64,000 nt of DNA from a virus (taxonomy: Duplodnaviria > Caudoviricetes): IMG/VR virus record IMGVR_UViG_3300025867_000005; one strand, written 5' to 3'. Positions within the stretch are counted from its first letter, which is position 1, and each line of letters opens with the position of its first letter. The notes under the pieces are model-generated. The model did not search any database. It saw only the letters and a list, made by a program, of their open reading frames with translations, and had not been told where the DNA came from. Below, in pieces: positions 19,253 through 29,973 of the stretch. Both the position numbers and the translations under genes were made by a program.

Positions 19253-20100
19253 AAATTTCTAAGATATCGGCATCTTGTATCAAGACTTACGAAACTTGTC
19301 CTAAGAAGTGCTATACCGAATATGTCTTGAAAATCAAGCCTCCTACGCATCCTTCTGCTTTAATGGGTAAAGCATTCCATTCGATGTTCGAACTTGCCTG
19401 TAAGGCCAAAACACAAGGCAAGGAATTGAAGGAACAAGACCCGTTCTATTACAGAGAACAGGCTATCGCCGAAAACAAAGTGCTGGAAGAAGACTTTCCT
19501 ATTCTGGATCAACTGACAAAGAATTGTTTGGAATGGGGATATATGGATCTTTCGAATGCCGCAGGTTTTGAAAAAGAAATTAAATTCAACCTACCTTGCG
19601 GGATTCCTGTTATCGGCTATATCGACAGACTTGATATAGACAGGGACTGGAAAGCCAACATCATCGATTTGAAGACACAGAAGAACGTCTTTACGAAAGA
19701 AGAACTGGCAGACAATTGGCAAGCCAAGATATATTTTCTCGGTGCCGTGAATGACAATCCGTTTATCAATGGAGACGTGAATATCAATTTCTGGGTTGTC
19801 AGGCATAAGATACAGAACACCAAAATCAATGTCATGGCGTTTGATTCCGTCTTGGATTCTTTAGACAAGAAGACCGTGGAGATTCTGAATAGCGATGGTC
19901 AGGAATGCCGTCCTAGCGGCTTATGCAGGTTTTGTGCTTCACCAGATTGTAAGAATCATTCAGCTATAAAGGTTAACAGTTTTCAGAAGAAACAAGAATC
20001 TTCTTCAGTAAAGGATATCAAGGCTATGCTGAATAGGATCAAAGGTAAACCAGAAGCAGATAAAAAACAAGAAGATGTTGAAGACATTTCTATGTTCTAA
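19249..20100 (+). CDS. RecB/Cas4-like PD-(D/E)XK exonuclease
   Basis: SASCIKTYETCPKK, GKAFH, GYIDRLD, IIDLKT, QAKIY, CRFC..C. Confidence 0.85.
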   Translation: MKISKISASCIKTYETCPKKCYTEYVLKIKPPTHPSALMGKAFHSMFELACKAKTQGKELKEQDPFYYREQAIAENKVLEEDFPILDQLTKNCLEWGYMDLSNAAGFEKEIKFNLPCGIPVIGYIDRLDIDRDWKANIIDLKTQKNVFTKEELADNWQAKIYFLGAVNDNPFINGDVNINFWVVRHKIQNTKINVMAFDSVLDSLDKKTVEILNSDGQECRPSGLCRFCASPDCKNHSAIKVNSFQKKQESSSVKDIKAMLNRIKGKPEADKKQEDVEDISMF

Positions 20101-20116
20101 CGATGGGGGATGAAAC

Positions 20117-20356
20117 ATGAAGGAATTCAGATGCAGTTGTGGTAACAGAGTTTTTTGGGGTAGCGGAGAGTCTCCAAAACCGTGTATCGTTTGTAAGGAT
20201 TGCGGGACAACGCTGCTTAAGCGTTTAGACGGAAGCTATGTGGATTCAGAACCGCATAAATGGACGACAGAAGAAACATATCTTGATGGTGAATTAGTTC
20301 ATTCTCGCACCTATTGTAAAAGGTGTTATGAAACGAAACCAGAGGAGAAGAAATGA
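20117..20356 (+). CDS. Small Cys-rich (Zn-binding) protein
   Basis: CSC, CxxCxxC, CKRC. Confidence 0.6.
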   Translation: MKEFRCSCGNRVFWGSGESPKPCIVCKDCGTTLLKRLDGSYVDSEPHKWTTEETYLDGELVHSRTYCKRCYETKPEEKK

Positions 20357-20952
20357 AGACGATTACGATAAGAACCAATGCTGATGGACAGAAGAAGTTT
20401 TATGACTTCATGAAAGATATGAAGCTTAACATGACGGGACTCCCTGAATTAAAGATTGACGGAGATTTTTTGACGATAGGAAACGTAGGAATAAAGGTTT
20501 ATACCGACTTTAATTCTGAAGAAATCTTTGTCGATTCAGAAAAAGACCTGCTAAAAATAAAACAGCTTTTCGATGGTCTGCTTAAAAAGCCAGAAGACTG
20601 TGAATGTTACGTCGTCCCGTATGATGACATTTTGGAAGGTAAAAAAGGGTGTTTCATGTGGTATGAAGATAAAACTGAAAAAAAGGAACACAATCTTCAA
20701 TTTTCATTTCAGAAACACAACAGGATTCAAAACTTAAAGAATTCGGTAGACCTTTCGGAATTCCTGGAATGTCTGACGGATAAGTCTTGGCACAATCTCT
20801 GTGACAATCCTATGACAAGGCAAGTCGGTTTTGCCAACTATATAAAGAGTGAAGCCCGTATGTTCAGGCTGACCTTTATCCGTGGGATAGAAAATCAAGA
20901 GACGCGAGAACTATTTAAACGTATTCACAACGAACTGGCAGGGGAAGTATAA
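20353..20952 (+). CDS. Hypothetical protein
   Basis: ATGA overlap, RBS. Confidence 0.65.
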   Translation: MKTITIRTNADGQKKFYDFMKDMKLNMTGLPELKIDGDFLTIGNVGIKVYTDFNSEEIFVDSEKDLLKIKQLFDGLLKKPEDCECYVVPYDDILEGKKGCFMWYEDKTEKKEHNLQFSFQKHNRIQNLKNSVDLSEFLECLTDKSWHNLCDNPMTRQVGFANYIKSEARMFRLTFIRGIENQETRELFKRIHNELAGEV

Positions 20953-20954
20953 CA

Positions 20955-21572
20955 ATGGAAACACCGAATCTAATACCCAATTTAAACAGAGTGTTCCCTG
21001 AAGGTGAAGAAGGAAAGACATATTTTCCTGAAGTCTTTGAAGATGGTAAAGACCCGATGGTTAAATATCAGATCGCGATAGACCCTGGAAATTTAGAAAC
21101 GGCAATCGTAGTTGTTGACTTCCAGAAGAAAACGATTTTAGAAACCGCCAAGCTTCCTAATGAACAGGTCGTAGAAAAGATTCAGGAATACAAGCAGAAA
21201 TACGGATGGTGCCAACAAACCGGTTTCGCTATAGAAATGATCGCCTCATATGGAATGCCAGTCGGCAAAAGCGTTTTTGACACCTGCCTGTGGATAGGTA
21301 GGTATGCTCAAATTTGGGGCAAACATACCAGATTGATTACAAGAAGCATGGTCAAAAACCATATCTGTAAATCTCCTAAAGCCAACGATGCCAATATCCG
21401 TCAAGCATTGATGGATCGCTATGGAAGCACAAGAGAAGCGGCAATCGGTACAAAGAAGAATCCTGGGCCGCTATTCGGGGTTGGTAATGATGAACGTGCG
21501 GCATTGGCCGTTGCTTTGACAGCGATAGAAACAGATCTTAAGTATATTACTTCTGGAGAAGAAGATGCATAA
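20955..21572 (+). CDS. RuvC-like Holliday junction resolvase
   Basis: IAIDPG, FAIEMIASYG, C-terminal DERAALAVA. Confidence 0.7.
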   Translation: METPNLIPNLNRVFPEGEEGKTYFPEVFEDGKDPMVKYQIAIDPGNLETAIVVVDFQKKTILETAKLPNEQVVEKIQEYKQKYGWCQQTGFAIEMIASYGMPVGKSVFDTCLWIGRYAQIWGKHTRLITRSMVKNHICKSPKANDANIRQALMDRYGSTREAAIGTKKNPGPLFGVGNDERAALAVALTAIETDLKYITSGEEDA

Positions 21573-21780
21573 AGAAATTTTAGATATCCGTAGGTTCGGG
21601 AATACGATACTTCTTGAAAAGCATATGAATTGTACTTGTAGCTATTGTGGTGGATTCAAAGGATGGTACGGTTATGAATCTCCTGAAATTAAAGAATGGA
21701 ACTCATGGCGTGTTCTTTGGATACAGATATTCGGAACCAGATTCTATTTGCGCTGGACTTTAAGAGAACCAAAAGGATAA
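21565..21780 (+). CDS. Hypothetical protein
   Basis: Overlapping gene chain. Confidence 0.5.
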   Translation: MHKEILDIRRFGNTILLEKHMNCTCSYCGGFKGWYGYESPEIKEWNSWRVLWIQIFGTRFYLRWTLREPKG

Positions 21781-21783
21781 AAG

Positions 21784-22065
21784 ATGTGGTATTTAGCAGA
21801 ACCAAGAGAAGTTAGCTATTTAGGCAATAGTATTGAAGTGTTTCGTGACGGACGTTACAGCGTAAAGAAACAGGGTAGACATTTTCTTATCGCCGATGAC
21901 AAATATGTCCTTGCAGAAAAAGGGTTCTCCGTAATCTCTAATGACGAAATCTTAAAATGGATTGACGCTGTAAAAAGAAAAGACATGAAGAAGGTTGCGA
22001 AAATAAGGGAGATGATTAAGGATGCAGAATCATCCTGCCAATTTATAGAAGGGATTTGGAAATAA
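21784..22065 (+). CDS. Hypothetical protein
   Basis: RBS; gene chain. Confidence 0.55.
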   Translation: MWYLAEPREVSYLGNSIEVFRDGRYSVKKQGRHFLIADDKYVLAEKGFSVISNDEILKWIDAVKRKDMKKVAKIREMIKDAESSCQFIEGIWK

Positions 22066-22125
22066 TGAAGATGAATATTTCCAGATAGCGAAGGCTAGAA
22101 TAGAATCTCTAACAAAAGGAAAAGA

Positions 22126-23388
22126 ATGAACAAAGTCACAATCGCAGAAGCGTTCAAAATGTTTCAGGACATTCAGGAAAAGGAAGAATTGATTCAACAG
22201 ATTGTCGGTGAAACTGGAGCCACAAGAAAAGCGGTTGTCCGCAAGCTCGGTCAACTGATGTCAGACGGGATCATAGAGGAAAAAGAAGAAGAGGAAGATA
22301 AGCAGGATGATTCCGATTGGACTGAAAAGATGTATGAAGTTACTCGCCCAGAAACTGATGATAGTTTCGAAGACGAAGATGAAGATCCTGTTAAACAGGC
22401 TTTGATTTCTGAAAACTCCAAACTGAAAAGACAGTTGAAGAAAATTCTACAGAATCGCGGAAGTGAAGAACTGAATCTTGAACGTCTTACTTCTGATATC
22501 CAGACGATTAAACCTTTCCCGATCATCTATAAGCCCCAGAAGCAAGGGGATAAGAAGGAAGCTACACTTGTTAGCCTTTTGGCAGACTTCCACATAGGGG
22601 CAAAGGAATACATTCCTGGCTTCAACAAATTTGACTATAGCATCGCTTGTCGTAGAGTAAACACTTATCTGAAGAAGGTTTTGGATTGGTGCGAACTTCA
22701 TAGGAATAGCTATATCGTAGATGAAATCTGTATTTGTTGTCTCGGTGACATGATCAGTGGTGACATCCATGACGAACTGATAAGAACCAACGAATTCAGT
22801 TGTCCTGAACAGGTCAAGAAGGCTTCAGAACTTTTATCAAGTCTGTTTGCAAGTCTGGCTCCGCACTTCAAGAAAGTCAGAATTGAATTTGTCGTACCGG
22901 ATAATCATAGCCGTGTAACTCAAAAGATAGAATTCGCTGACGGCACCAACAGTTACAACTACTTGGTTGGACATCTTACGAAAGCCTTGGTTTCAGGACA
23001 CAAGAATATTGAATTCAACATCTATCCTCAAATCCAGCAGATCATTAAAGTGCACGACAGGCGTTATCTTATCATGCACGGCAATTGTGTAAGGGGTGGT
23101 GGCGGTGCTTTGTTCCCGATGACAGGCATTACCAGAAAGCTTTGGAGAGAAAGCCATCTGAGAATGAATATGTCAGAAGATATGCACTTTGACAAGATTC
23201 TAATGGGCCATTACCACGCGCCTTGCAATACTCCTGATCTAGGAATTTCGGGTTGCTTGGTTTCAAGCACGGGATTCGATATGTCAGCGGCACGGCATAC
23301 ACCGGCTTGCATCACTTCATTCTTTGTCTGCGGAAAGTATGAGTTTGACTATACGGAATTCTGGTTGAACGAAGGTGAGACATACTAA
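22126..23388 (+). CDS. Calcineurin-like metallophosphoesterase with acidic/coiled-coil N-terminus
   Basis: LADFHIG, LGDMISGDIH, PDNH, MHG, MGHYH. Confidence 0.8.
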   Translation: MNKVTIAEAFKMFQDIQEKEELIQQIVGETGATRKAVVRKLGQLMSDGIIEEKEEEEDKQDDSDWTEKMYEVTRPETDDSFEDEDEDPVKQALISENSKLKRQLKKILQNRGSEELNLERLTSDIQTIKPFPIIYKPQKQGDKKEATLVSLLADFHIGAKEYIPGFNKFDYSIACRRVNTYLKKVLDWCELHRNSYIVDEICICCLGDMISGDIHDELIRTNEFSCPEQVKKASELLSSLFASLAPHFKKVRIEFVVPDNHSRVTQKIEFADGTNSYNYLVGHLTKALVSGHKNIEFNIYPQIQQIIKVHDRRYLIMHGNCVRGGGGALFPMTGITRKLWRESHLRMNMSEDMHFDKILMGHYHAPCNTPDLGISGCLVSSTGFDMSAARHTPACITSFFVCGKYEFDYTEFWLNEGETY

Positions 23389-23417
23389 ACCAAAATAGTA
23401 GAATATCGAAAGAAACA

Positions 23418-23455
23418 AAGGGGACTGGATTTTATTCCTTCCCCTTCTTCTTTTT
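23418..23455 (+). terminator. Intrinsic terminator
   Basis: aagggga / tcccctt stem plus T tract. Confidence 0.5.
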
Positions 23456-23474
23456 GATATGGAGAATGATAGGT

Positions 23475-23651
23475 ATGAAAGACAAACTGAAAGCAATCGC
23501 CAAGATTATAATCGAGGCAGACGGATGGAAACAACCTCTGCGGAATCAGCCGGATTACGGCGTAGGCGAATCTGTGTTGGATAAATTGGCAGAAAACGCA
23601 GGAACGGACTTAGAAACCCTATACAGGGATCACAAACCGTTTCCGGGATAA
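23475..23651 (+). CDS. Small protein with an LxxIAKIII-ADGW motif
   Basis: ATG at 23475 after ggag; motif shared with the 31592 ORF. Confidence 0.6.
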   Translation: MKDKLKAIAKIIIEADGWKQPLRNQPDYGVGESVLDKLAENAGTDLETLYRDHKPFPG

Positions 23652-23703
23652 TCATGATTGCGAAATCTATTTTCTTGAAGAATGGTCTAATGGGATTCAG
23701 CAT

Positions 23704-23883
23704 ATGGGAAGAATAGAATGTTGTCACAAAGACTGTATGCATTATCAGCATGACAGTTATTTCAAAAGGTTTTGCTGCGGCGGTAAGCATCTCGTCGAAG
23801 AATACGAAATTATACTTTGCCGTGGGATTAAACGCGATTGTCGGATGTGTAAGGGCTGCTGGTATTATGAAAAAGGAGAATAA
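23704..23883 (+). CDS. 59 aa Cys-rich protein (not in the ORF track)
   Basis: MGRIECCHKDC...CC...C...CRMCKGCWYYEKGE; its TAA abuts the next ATG. Confidence 0.5.
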   Translation: MGRIECCHKDCMHYQHDSYFKRFCCGGKHLVEEYEIILCRGIKRDCRMCKGCWYYEKGE

Positions 23884-24156
23884 ATGAACATTTTGGTACT
23901 TGAAAACGGTTGTTTGGACTGTTCGGTCATAAAAGTCAATCTGGATTTAAGGAAAGTCGGGGATGATGCCTTTGAAGGCAATGGCGGAGAAAAAATTTGT
24001 GTTTTTTCTACTCTCTCCAGTCTTGGAACCAAGGAATTGACGCAAAGGCTTGGAATAGAAAACATTGCACCGGTATTGATCACTTCTGACGGAACGGTAA
24101 TAAAAGAAGTGAACGAAATTATCAAGAAAATAGGGCTTCTCGGATACAGAAAGTAA
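23884..24156 (+). CDS. Glutaredoxin/thioredoxin-like protein
   Basis: CLDC near the N-terminus; IAPVLI cis-Pro-like motif; upstream of nrdG/nrdD. Confidence 0.55.
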   Translation: MNILVLENGCLDCSVIKVNLDLRKVGDDAFEGNGGEKICVFSTLSSLGTKELTQRLGIENIAPVLITSDGTVIKEVNEIIKKIGLLGYRK

Positions 24157-24248
24157 GATGTTTTTTTGATACAGAAAACATCTGTACAAAACGGGAAAAC
24201 GATGTCCGCGTGAAGTCAAAACTTCAGCGGATTTTGTGTCTAATTATT

Positions 24249-24659
24249 ATGCCGACTTACGATTATCAATGTTTAAAATGTGCTTCTGTTTTTGAAGTTT
24301 TCCACAGGATCGGGGAACAGCCTTCTGTTGATTGTCCTGTTTGTGGAGGAAGCCATATAAAGAAAACCGTATCCGGGTTTTATCTCGGGAACCAAGACTG
24401 TTCTGGGGCTTCTTCTAAGGCAGATATGATGTCAGACCTTAAAGAAAACTACGGCATAGAATCTGTGAAAATGCAAAACGGGAAATTCAATGATTGGTAT
24501 CGCGGCATTAAGAAAGACGGATCTAAAGTAAAGGAACAAATGTTGTCTGGAGAAGAGAAACAGAATGCCAAAATCGCAAAGAAGAACCGTGAATTCCTTT
24601 CTCGTCCCGCGACTGATTTAAAAGCAATCAAACATCAAAAGACTGTCATCAAAAAATGA
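24249..24659 (+). CDS. FmdB-family zinc-ribbon protein
   Basis: MPTYDYQCLKC..FEVF...CPVCGG. Confidence 0.8.
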   Translation: MPTYDYQCLKCASVFEVFHRIGEQPSVDCPVCGGSHIKKTVSGFYLGNQDCSGASSKADMMSDLKENYGIESVKMQNGKFNDWYRGIKKDGSKVKEQMLSGEEKQNAKIAKKNREFLSRPATDLKAIKHQKTVIKK

Positions 24660-24689
24660 TGGTCTTCGTTTTTTTAGGAGAATTTTAAA

Positions 24690-25154
24690 ATGGAAGTGTT
24701 CAAGCCGGTTATCAGTGTTGTATTAAGTGAATGTCCAGGAGAAATAAGTTTAGGGATCATGGTAGCCAATTGTCCTTACGGTTGTCGTGGATGCAGCTAT
24801 AAAAGTCTGGAAAAATACGGAAGAGTTGAATTAACATTGCCGATGTTTGAAACAGAACTCAAGAAGTATCAGGGTCAAGCTACTTGTGTGGTTTTTATGG
24901 GTGGTTGTTGGCTTAAAGATGAATTGACCGTTTATCTTGAACGTGCAAGAAGTTATGGATATAAGACTTGTCTATATACAGGACTCAAAAACATAGGAGA
25001 AATCGAACCTTCTATCGTCAAGAATCTAGACTTTTGCAAATACGGCAGATGGGAAGGGATTCCTCTTACAGACAAGAATTGCAACCAACGGTTTTGGGAT
25101 GTTAAAAACGACCAAGATATTACCTATAAGTTTCAAATCAATAAAGGAGAATGA
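24690..25154 (+). CDS. nrdG: Anaerobic RNR activating enzyme (radical SAM)
   Basis: ECPGEISL, CPYGCRGC (CxxxCxxC), FMGG, LYTG, KYGRW, NQRF. Confidence 0.88.
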   Translation: MEVFKPVISVVLSECPGEISLGIMVANCPYGCRGCSYKSLEKYGRVELTLPMFETELKKYQGQATCVVFMGGCWLKDELTVYLERARSYGYKTCLYTGLKNIGEIEPSIVKNLDFCKYGRWEGIPLTDKNCNQRFWDVKNDQDITYKFQINKGE

Positions 25155-25158
25155 ACAG

Positions 25159-27057
25159 ATGTTTGTTAAATTGACGGATAAGCAGATTCAGGAGAAAATC
25201 GATTTCATCGGAAGTTATATTAAGGCAGAAAACGCGGCAACGGCTTCAGCGGTAGATTCAAATGCCAACGTAAGCAGCAAGAACATATGTACCTTAATGG
25301 GAGAACTTCATAAAGACTTTAACATCCAGATTAAACGCAAACTTGTTACAGACAATATCACAAAGTTGTTCGGTAAAGAACTCAGCGAAGAATATCTTAG
25401 ACAGCTCAAAGAGCATGAAATTTACGCACACGATGAATCATCGCTCTCGCCCTATTGCTGTAGCACAAGCCTCTATCCTTTTCTGTTGAACGGAATGAAT
25501 GGCCTCGGAGGAGAAGCTGGAGCTCCTAAGCACCTTTCAAGTTTCTGCGGCAATTATGTGAATCTGATGTTCGCCCTGTCTTCACAGCTTGCTGGGGCGG
25601 TGGGCGCACCAGAAACCCTGATGTGTTTCGATTACTTCGCAAGAAAAGATTACGGAGAGAACTATGCCGACTGGTTTATCGATCCGCAAACGGAACAAGA
25701 AAAGAATGACGCGAAGGAAATTGAAAATTATCTTCAGAGCGTAGTCTATGCCATCAATCAACCAGCTGCGGCAAGGGGATTTCAAAGCATATTCTGTAAC
25801 TGGTCAGTATTTGACAAGTATTACTTTGATGCGATTTTCAGTGATTTCATGTTCCCGGATTGCACCCCTACCAACTGGAAGAGTCTAGATAAGTTGCAGC
25901 GGTTCTTTTTGACATGGATTAACAAAGAACGCACAAAAGCCCTTCTTACTTTCCCTGTTATCACGGCCAGCGTATTGACATCTGATGGTAAACCGAAGGA
26001 TGAAGAATTCGCCAGGTTCCTTGCGAAAGAACTTAGTGAAGGGAACTCCTTCTTCATGTTTATGTCAAAGAATCCACAAGCGATCTCCTCATGCTGTCGG
26101 CTTTCAAATGAAATGACAGACACGACTTTCTCAAACAGTAGCGGGGCAGGCGGTGTCAGTACTGGATCTATGAATGTCATTACTATCAATATCAACCGCT
26201 TGGTTCAGAATGCCGTTAAAGACAATCCGGGTTGCCTTGCTGACAAGCTGAATGCCATTAAGAAGGTTCTCGGTGAACAGGTTCTTAAACTTCACAAATA
26301 TCAAGTCGCTACAAAGACCATCTTTGATGATTTGAAAACAGCAAAAATGCTTCCCCTTTATGACGCTGGTTTCGTGACAATGAAGAAACAGTATCTGACT
26401 GTCGGTGTCAATGGTGTTTTGGAAGGCGCAGAAAGTCTAGGCATTGAACCTAGCTATAACGAAGATTACAAGAAGTATCTCAAAGCGATTTTTGAAACCA
26501 TTTCTTCACTTAACAAACAGGCGAAGGAAACGTGGAAAGACCGTGAATTGATGTTCAATCTCGAAATGGTTCCGGCTGAAAATCTCGGGGTTAAATTCGC
26601 AGGTTGGGATAAAAAGGACGGATATATTGTTAAGCGTGATGCTTATAATTCCTATCTCTATCGGGTTGAGGATCAGGATATAAACATTATCGACAAGTTC
26701 AAACTTTACGAAGAAGATATATCTAAAACAATGGACGGTGGCTCTGCTGTACATCTCAATCTGTTGGAGTATCCGGATCAGGAAGCTTACTACAAGCTGA
26801 TGTGCTTGGCCGCTAGTCTCGGTGTTCCATATTGGTGCACGAATATCGCCATTACCTGTTGCGAAGAGGATGATTGCAAGTATATCAACAAGAACACCTC
26901 CAATCATTGCGTCAAGTGTGGAAGTCATAACGTAAGCCACGCGACAAGAATAATCGGCTATTTGCGTAAGAATACCAGTTTCTCAAAAGCCCGCCAAAAT
27001 GAAAATATCCTACGATTCTACCACAAGGTTTTTAAGAGTGGAGAATCTATTTCTTGA
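25159..27057 (+). CDS. nrdD: Class III (anaerobic) ribonucleotide reductase
   Basis: IYAHDES, PYCC, TFPVIT, SSCCRL, VPAENLG, GGSAVH, glycyl-radical loop RIIGYL. Confidence 0.93.
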   Translation: MFVKLTDKQIQEKIDFIGSYIKAENAATASAVDSNANVSSKNICTLMGELHKDFNIQIKRKLVTDNITKLFGKELSEEYLRQLKEHEIYAHDESSLSPYCCSTSLYPFLLNGMNGLGGEAGAPKHLSSFCGNYVNLMFALSSQLAGAVGAPETLMCFDYFARKDYGENYADWFIDPQTEQEKNDAKEIENYLQSVVYAINQPAAARGFQSIFCNWSVFDKYYFDAIFSDFMFPDCTPTNWKSLDKLQRFFLTWINKERTKALLTFPVITASVLTSDGKPKDEEFARFLAKELSEGNSFFMFMSKNPQAISSCCRLSNEMTDTTFSNSSGAGGVSTGSMNVITININRLVQNAVKDNPGCLADKLNAIKKVLGEQVLKLHKYQVATKTIFDDLKTAKMLPLYDAGFVTMKKQYLTVGVNGVLEGAESLGIEPSYNEDYKKYLKAIFETISSLNKQAKETWKDRELMFNLEMVPAENLGVKFAGWDKKDGYIVKRDAYNSYLYRVEDQDINIIDKFKLYEEDISKTMDGGSAVHLNLLEYPDQEAYYKLMCLAASLGVPYWCTNIAITCCEEDDCKYINKNTSNHCVKCGSHNVSHATRIIGYLRKNTSFSKARQNENILRFYHKVFKSGESIS

Positions 27058-27119
27058 AAGATTCTTGATATAGTTACTATCTATTAGTGTACGAAATTCA
27101 TACGCTAATAGAGGTAATT

Positions 27120-28862
27120 ATGAATAAAGAAGAATTCGTTTCAAATGCAAAAAGAAAATACCCTGAATATGATTATTCTCTATCTATTTCATCGTTTTCT
27201 GATGAGATGGTTATCGGTTGTCCTATTCATGGATGTTTTACGAAGACAATCAGGAATAAGAACTATAGATGTCCAAAATGTTCTGGAGGACTGATTTCAA
27301 GAACCAAAACCATCGACACGAATACGTTTTGGGCCAAGGCCAATCTCGTACACGGCAATACATATGACTATTCGAAGGTAAACTACGTTAGATTCAACTC
27401 ACCAGTTATCATAATCTGCCGGAAACACGGAGAATTTTTACAACGGCCAGATAAACATTTACAGGGATGCGGATGCCAAAAATGTGGAAAAGACAGGATT
27501 GCCAATGCGAATCATGATGATACTGAAAGTTTTATCAAGAAAGCCCAAGAAGTTCATGGAAACAGGTATGATTATTCGGGATCAGAGTACCATTCATCTA
27601 AGGAAAACATTAGAATTGTCTGCCGTCAACACGGACCATTTTGGCAAAATCCAAACAACCACCTACAAGGCAAAGGTTGTCCTATCTGTTTGGGTCATCC
27701 TGAAAGGAATGATGATTTCATAAAAGAAGCTAAAGAAAAGTTTGGGGATCGCTACAATTACGACCAGACTGTCTACAGAAATAGAAAACGTAAAATATTT
27801 ATCGGATGCAAGGTTCACGGAGTCTTCGAAATGCTTCCAGATTTTCATTTGAAATACGGATGCCCAGAATGCAAGAAAGGTTCAGAAGATGAAAAATTTG
27901 AACTTAAAATGAAAGAATTAATCGAATTGGCAGACAAAGTACATAAAGGGAAATATGACTATAGCAAAACGACGTTTAATTCTATTATGGACAAAGCTGA
28001 AATTATATGCCCGAAACACGGGTCTTTCAATCAACGTTTTTATAACCACATAAAAGGGTCTGGTTGCCGCAAGTGTGGGTATGAAGATAAAGTACGAAGC
28101 TATACAAACTGTGGTAGAGAATGTTGTCCGCAAGATGAATTTATCAGGAAATGCAAACTGACACATGGCGAAAAATATGATTACAGCCTGGTGGAATATG
28201 TGAAAAGCAAACATAGGGTTAAGATCATGTGTCCTGAACATGGAACTTTTGAACAAATTGCCGCCAATCATTTACAAGGCGGGGATTGTCCTAAATGTGC
28301 AGTACTGCGACGCAGTAGACAAAAGGCAGAAAAGGCAGCATCTGAATTCGTTAAGAAAGCAATAAAGAAACATGGAAACCTTTATGACTATTCCAAAACT
28401 GTTTATAAGCATGCAAGACAGCCGGTAACGATTATCTGCCGCCGACACGGGGAATTCCTTCAGACACCCAACAAACACCTTACGGGTCAAGGATGCCCAC
28501 ATTGTAAGGAAAGCAATGGGGAACGGGAAACGGCGGAATTGCTGAAAGACAACGGCTTTGTTTTTGAAGCACAGAAACGTTTTCCTTGGTTGCATTTGCA
28601 AAGTCTGGATTTCTATATTCCCGCATTTAGACTTGCAATCGAAGTGCAGGGAATTCAGCATTTTGAACCTACGGATTTCAACGGGAAAGGAGATTTCAGT
28701 GCGGAAGTCGCTTTCATCAAAGCGCAGCTAAATGATATCAAAAAGTTCACCCTATGCCAGGAACACGGAATAATGATGGTTTATGTTTCAGAAGAAAAGA
28801 TGCAAGACGGACTCACATTCAAAGATTCAGCGGACCTGATTCGATATTTGAAGACATGTTGA
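27120..28862 (+). mobile_element. Putative homing endonuclease: 7 Zn-finger repeats plus C-terminal Vsr/DUF559-like nuclease
   Basis: 7x YDYS...CxxHG.F.Q...H..G.GCxxC, then SNGE...LDFYIP...IEVQGIQHF. Confidence 0.8.
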
Positions 28863-28921
28863 ACTCTTTTTGATATTCCCAATCGGTTTGAGACCAATAT
28901 CTATTTTACGGGGAGAAATTT

Positions 28922-29569
28922 ATGCCGGTACATTCAGAAAAAGAGGGTGGGAAGTGGAGAGTCGTAGAATCTGACGGAAGCATTGCGAAGAACAAAGCTG
29001 GAACCGCAATCGACGGCGGAGGGCATGACACTAGAGAAGATTCTGTTGCACAGGTTCAGGCAGTTAATATCAGCATGATGAAGAAGTCAAGTTTGAATAT
29101 GGTAGCCGCCGTAGAAAAGCTCGCCAAATTCATTCAGGCCGCAAGTCTAAGAGACGCGGAACGCATGATGCGTCCTGTTATGCAGAAGGCGATAGCAAGC
29201 CTTCAGAAAAGGTTTCAGCATGACGGTATCGACAGTCTTAAGCTTATCAAGGAACTACCGGCACAACAGGCCGTCAATTCCAATAGCTATTACCAGATCG
29301 CCTGGTACGGGCTTATGACAAGGCTGAATCCGTACGGAAGGTGTGGAACCATTCAGATCACCACTACTTTCAACAACGAAAGCGACGAGCAAGACATTAC
29401 GGTAAGTCTTAGGGTCAAGCTTGGAGAAGACAAATCTGTTGTATTTCCTTCAGCTAGCCCGATCGGTGTTATCACGAAAGTCTTGAATCATGTTACAAGA
29501 CTTGAACAGATGGGGAAAGACTTCGAATACTGGGTGAAGACCTATAAGCCAAGCAATCCGAAAGAATAA
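28922..29569 (+). CDS. Hypothetical protein, possibly late/virion
   Basis: gggag RBS; TTTTTGATAT upstream; internal VEKLAKFIQAA motif. Confidence 0.7.
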   Translation: MPVHSEKEGGKWRVVESDGSIAKNKAGTAIDGGGHDTREDSVAQVQAVNISMMKKSSLNMVAAVEKLAKFIQAASLRDAERMMRPVMQKAIASLQKRFQHDGIDSLKLIKELPAQQAVNSNSYYQIAWYGLMTRLNPYGRCGTIQITTTFNNESDEQDITVSLRVKLGEDKSVVFPSASPIGVITKVLNHVTRLEQMGKDFEYWVKTYKPSNPKE

Positions 29570-29589
29570 TGACATGGTTTAAAGCACAG

Positions 29590-29622
29590 AAGAAGGGGAC
29601 TGAATAAATCCCCTTCTTTTTT
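29590..29622. terminator. Probably bidirectional intrinsic terminator
   Basis: agaagggga / tccccttct stem plus T tract. Confidence 0.6.
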
Positions 29623-29636
29623 GTCTTTAAAAGTTT

Positions 29637-29873
29637 TCATACTCCCTTTAAGACTGACATCAGGGCTTTGGGATCTATCCTGTAGACTTCGAATCTGTTC
29701 TGTCCTGGGCGGTCTTCTTTCATCCACTTGGTTTCAGATCTCCCGTTTTACACCAAAGTCAGGCTTTGGCAATATTTCGGATTGGACATGATTATTGACT
29801 TGATGTTTTTGGGCATATCATCCCACATTGTTTTCGCGTTGTTATGCAATTCATCAATTTGTTTTTGTGTCAT
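29637..29873 (-). pseudogene. Minus-strand ORF interrupted by one in-frame TAA
   Basis: ggag RBS; MTQKQIDELH...LTLV*NGRSETKW...LRGV*; converges on the terminator. Confidence 0.3.
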
Positions 29874-29973
29874 CTATTTTCTCCATGCCAGATATAGATT
29901 CATTTCTCTGATTATCTATTTTAAATGTGAAACAGTTTTTGATATCTTCATGAAAGTAAAGGAGTTAAACAGT

